This document shows, in pieces, positions 63,015-64,000 of a stretch of 64,000 bases of DNA. The DNA is from Candidatus Latescibacterota bacterium (GTDB taxonomy: Bacteria > Latescibacterota > UBA2968): the NCBI GenBank assembly GCA_965198115.1, contig OZ240241.1:8224001-8288000 (forward strand). Direction: 5' to 3'. The notes below the pieces were generated by a model. The model did not search any database and had not been told where the DNA came from. It was given only the letters and a program-made list of their open reading frames with translations. Positions within the stretch are counted from its first letter, which is position 1; each line of letters starts with the position of its first letter. The translations under genes and the position numbers were made by a program.

Positions 63015-63716
63015 ATGACCAGAGCTGGGAAGCGTGTTCGTTGCGAACGTCTGAGGGTTTGTCTGGCGTTGATTGTGATGGGGTTTGCGATGAGTGGGGG
63101 GACGTGTTTAAACGCACAAGAGCAGGTGGTGTGGCGGTTTGACAATCTCGAGCGGATCGGTGGGCACGTCGTGACGGTGGAGGGCAATCCCGAAGTGGTC
63201 GACACACCGCTCGGGAAGGCCGTCGAGTTCGACGGGGTCGACGATGGGATTTTTTTCGACGTCCACCCGATGGCGGGGTGGCGCACCTTCACGGTCGAAG
63301 TCATTTTTCAGCCCTACAAAGATGGGCTTGTCGAGCAACGATTCTTTCACATGCAGGAAGCTGATTCGGATGATCGAGTGGTGTTCGAGACACGTCTGAC
63401 CGAGGATGATCGATGGTATCTGGACACGTTCATCAACTCGAAGGACACCGAGAACGCGATGCTGGCTCGAGATCACCAGCATCCGATCGGCCCGTGGTAT
63501 CACACTGCGTCCGTTGTCGACGGAGAATCCATGAAACACTACGTCAACGGCGAGTTCGAGGTGGGTGAGGCGTTTTTCTACGCTCCTCAGAAGCCGGGCC
63601 GGACGTCGCTCGGGGTTAGACTGAACCGTGTGCATTGGTATAAGGGTGCGATCCACACCGCACGGTTCACACCCGGGGTGCTGTCGCCGGAAGAGTTCAT
63701 GAAGATCAAGGATTGA
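63015..63716 (+). CDS. Secreted LamG/concanavalin-A-like domain protein
   Basis: Signal-like N-terminus, GKAVEFDG.DD, FTVE, WYH.A.V.DG....YVNG. Confidence 0.75.
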   Translation: MTRAGKRVRCERLRVCLALIVMGFAMSGGTCLNAQEQVVWRFDNLERIGGHVVTVEGNPEVVDTPLGKAVEFDGVDDGIFFDVHPMAGWRTFTVEVIFQPYKDGLVEQRFFHMQEADSDDRVVFETRLTEDDRWYLDTFINSKDTENAMLARDHQHPIGPWYHTASVVDGESMKHYVNGEFEVGEAFFYAPQKPGRTSLGVRLNRVHWYKGAIHTARFTPGVLSPEEFMKIKD

Positions 63717-63792
63717 GGATCGAATAGTGAGCCGCGCCACCACGTTGCCCACAAAAGACACGCAGCGGAGCAACTTAAGAAAGCAGGAACCA

Positions 63793-63841
63793 CCCTTCGA
63801 CTGCGCTCAGGGCAGGCGCCTGAACACAGATGGACACAGAT
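63793..63841 (+). repeat. REP-like intergenic units
   Basis: CCCTTCGACTGCGCTCAGGGCAGGC followed by ACACAGAT-GG-ACACAGAT direct repeat; related CCCTTCGACTCCGCTTCAGGAC at 36119-36140. Confidence 0.5.
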
Positions 63842-64000
63842 GTGGTAGCCCGAAGATCGCGGCCCTATTCGGGAAGTGACGTAGCGGTTCTCGGCGGCCG
63901 TTACTTTGTCACATCGATGGCAATCGGTGGAGCCCACAGCTCAGGAGAAACTTCGATCACTCCTTAGTAGCCACATCGGATCTTAAAGGTCGAGGATCTG

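Noticed and set aside
1-64000. Alternative genetic code (TGA reassigned)
   Set aside because: Many conserved genes end at TGA at their expected C-termini (e.g. rsgA, the priming transferase, SDR).

Overview
GC-rich (roughly 60-65% by eye) bacterial chromosomal window dominated by cell-envelope and glycan genes: four paralogous O-antigen-ligase(Wzy_C)-like + TPR proteins, a priming sugar transferase, a minus-strand glycan-tailoring cluster (GT4/GT2/GT-C-like, two NodU/CmcH carbamoyltransferases, two SAM methyltransferases, AsnB), a plus-strand GT2-epimerase-WecA-LolC/E-LolC/E-sulfatase/VanZ-repeat lipoprotein-HEAT-ligase operon, an lpoB/COG3014 operon, and housekeeping genes (xylA, adk-like, rsgA, mutY, aroC, mscS, an orphan fliM). 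Five IS elements are visible: a three-level nest (IS200 > IS256 > IS256) at 1.9-5.2 kb, an ISL3 and an IS630. About a dozen single-base frameshifts, several in homopolymers, suggest an incompletely polished long-read assembly, so pseudogene calls are provisional. The gene content is reminiscent of FCB-type candidate phyla such as Latescibacterota, but that is a weak inference. Most notable: the ligase-TPR array (possible multi-enzyme protein glycosylation system), two register-matched in-frame TGA codons in a repeat lipoprotein, an HNH nuclease with a clamp-binding-like motif embedded in a glycan operon, a recurrent TAA(C/G)-N17-(C/G)TTA intergenic dyad, and a 12-nt complementarity between the two ends of the IS200 element. 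No rRNA, tRNA or CRISPR array was recognised.
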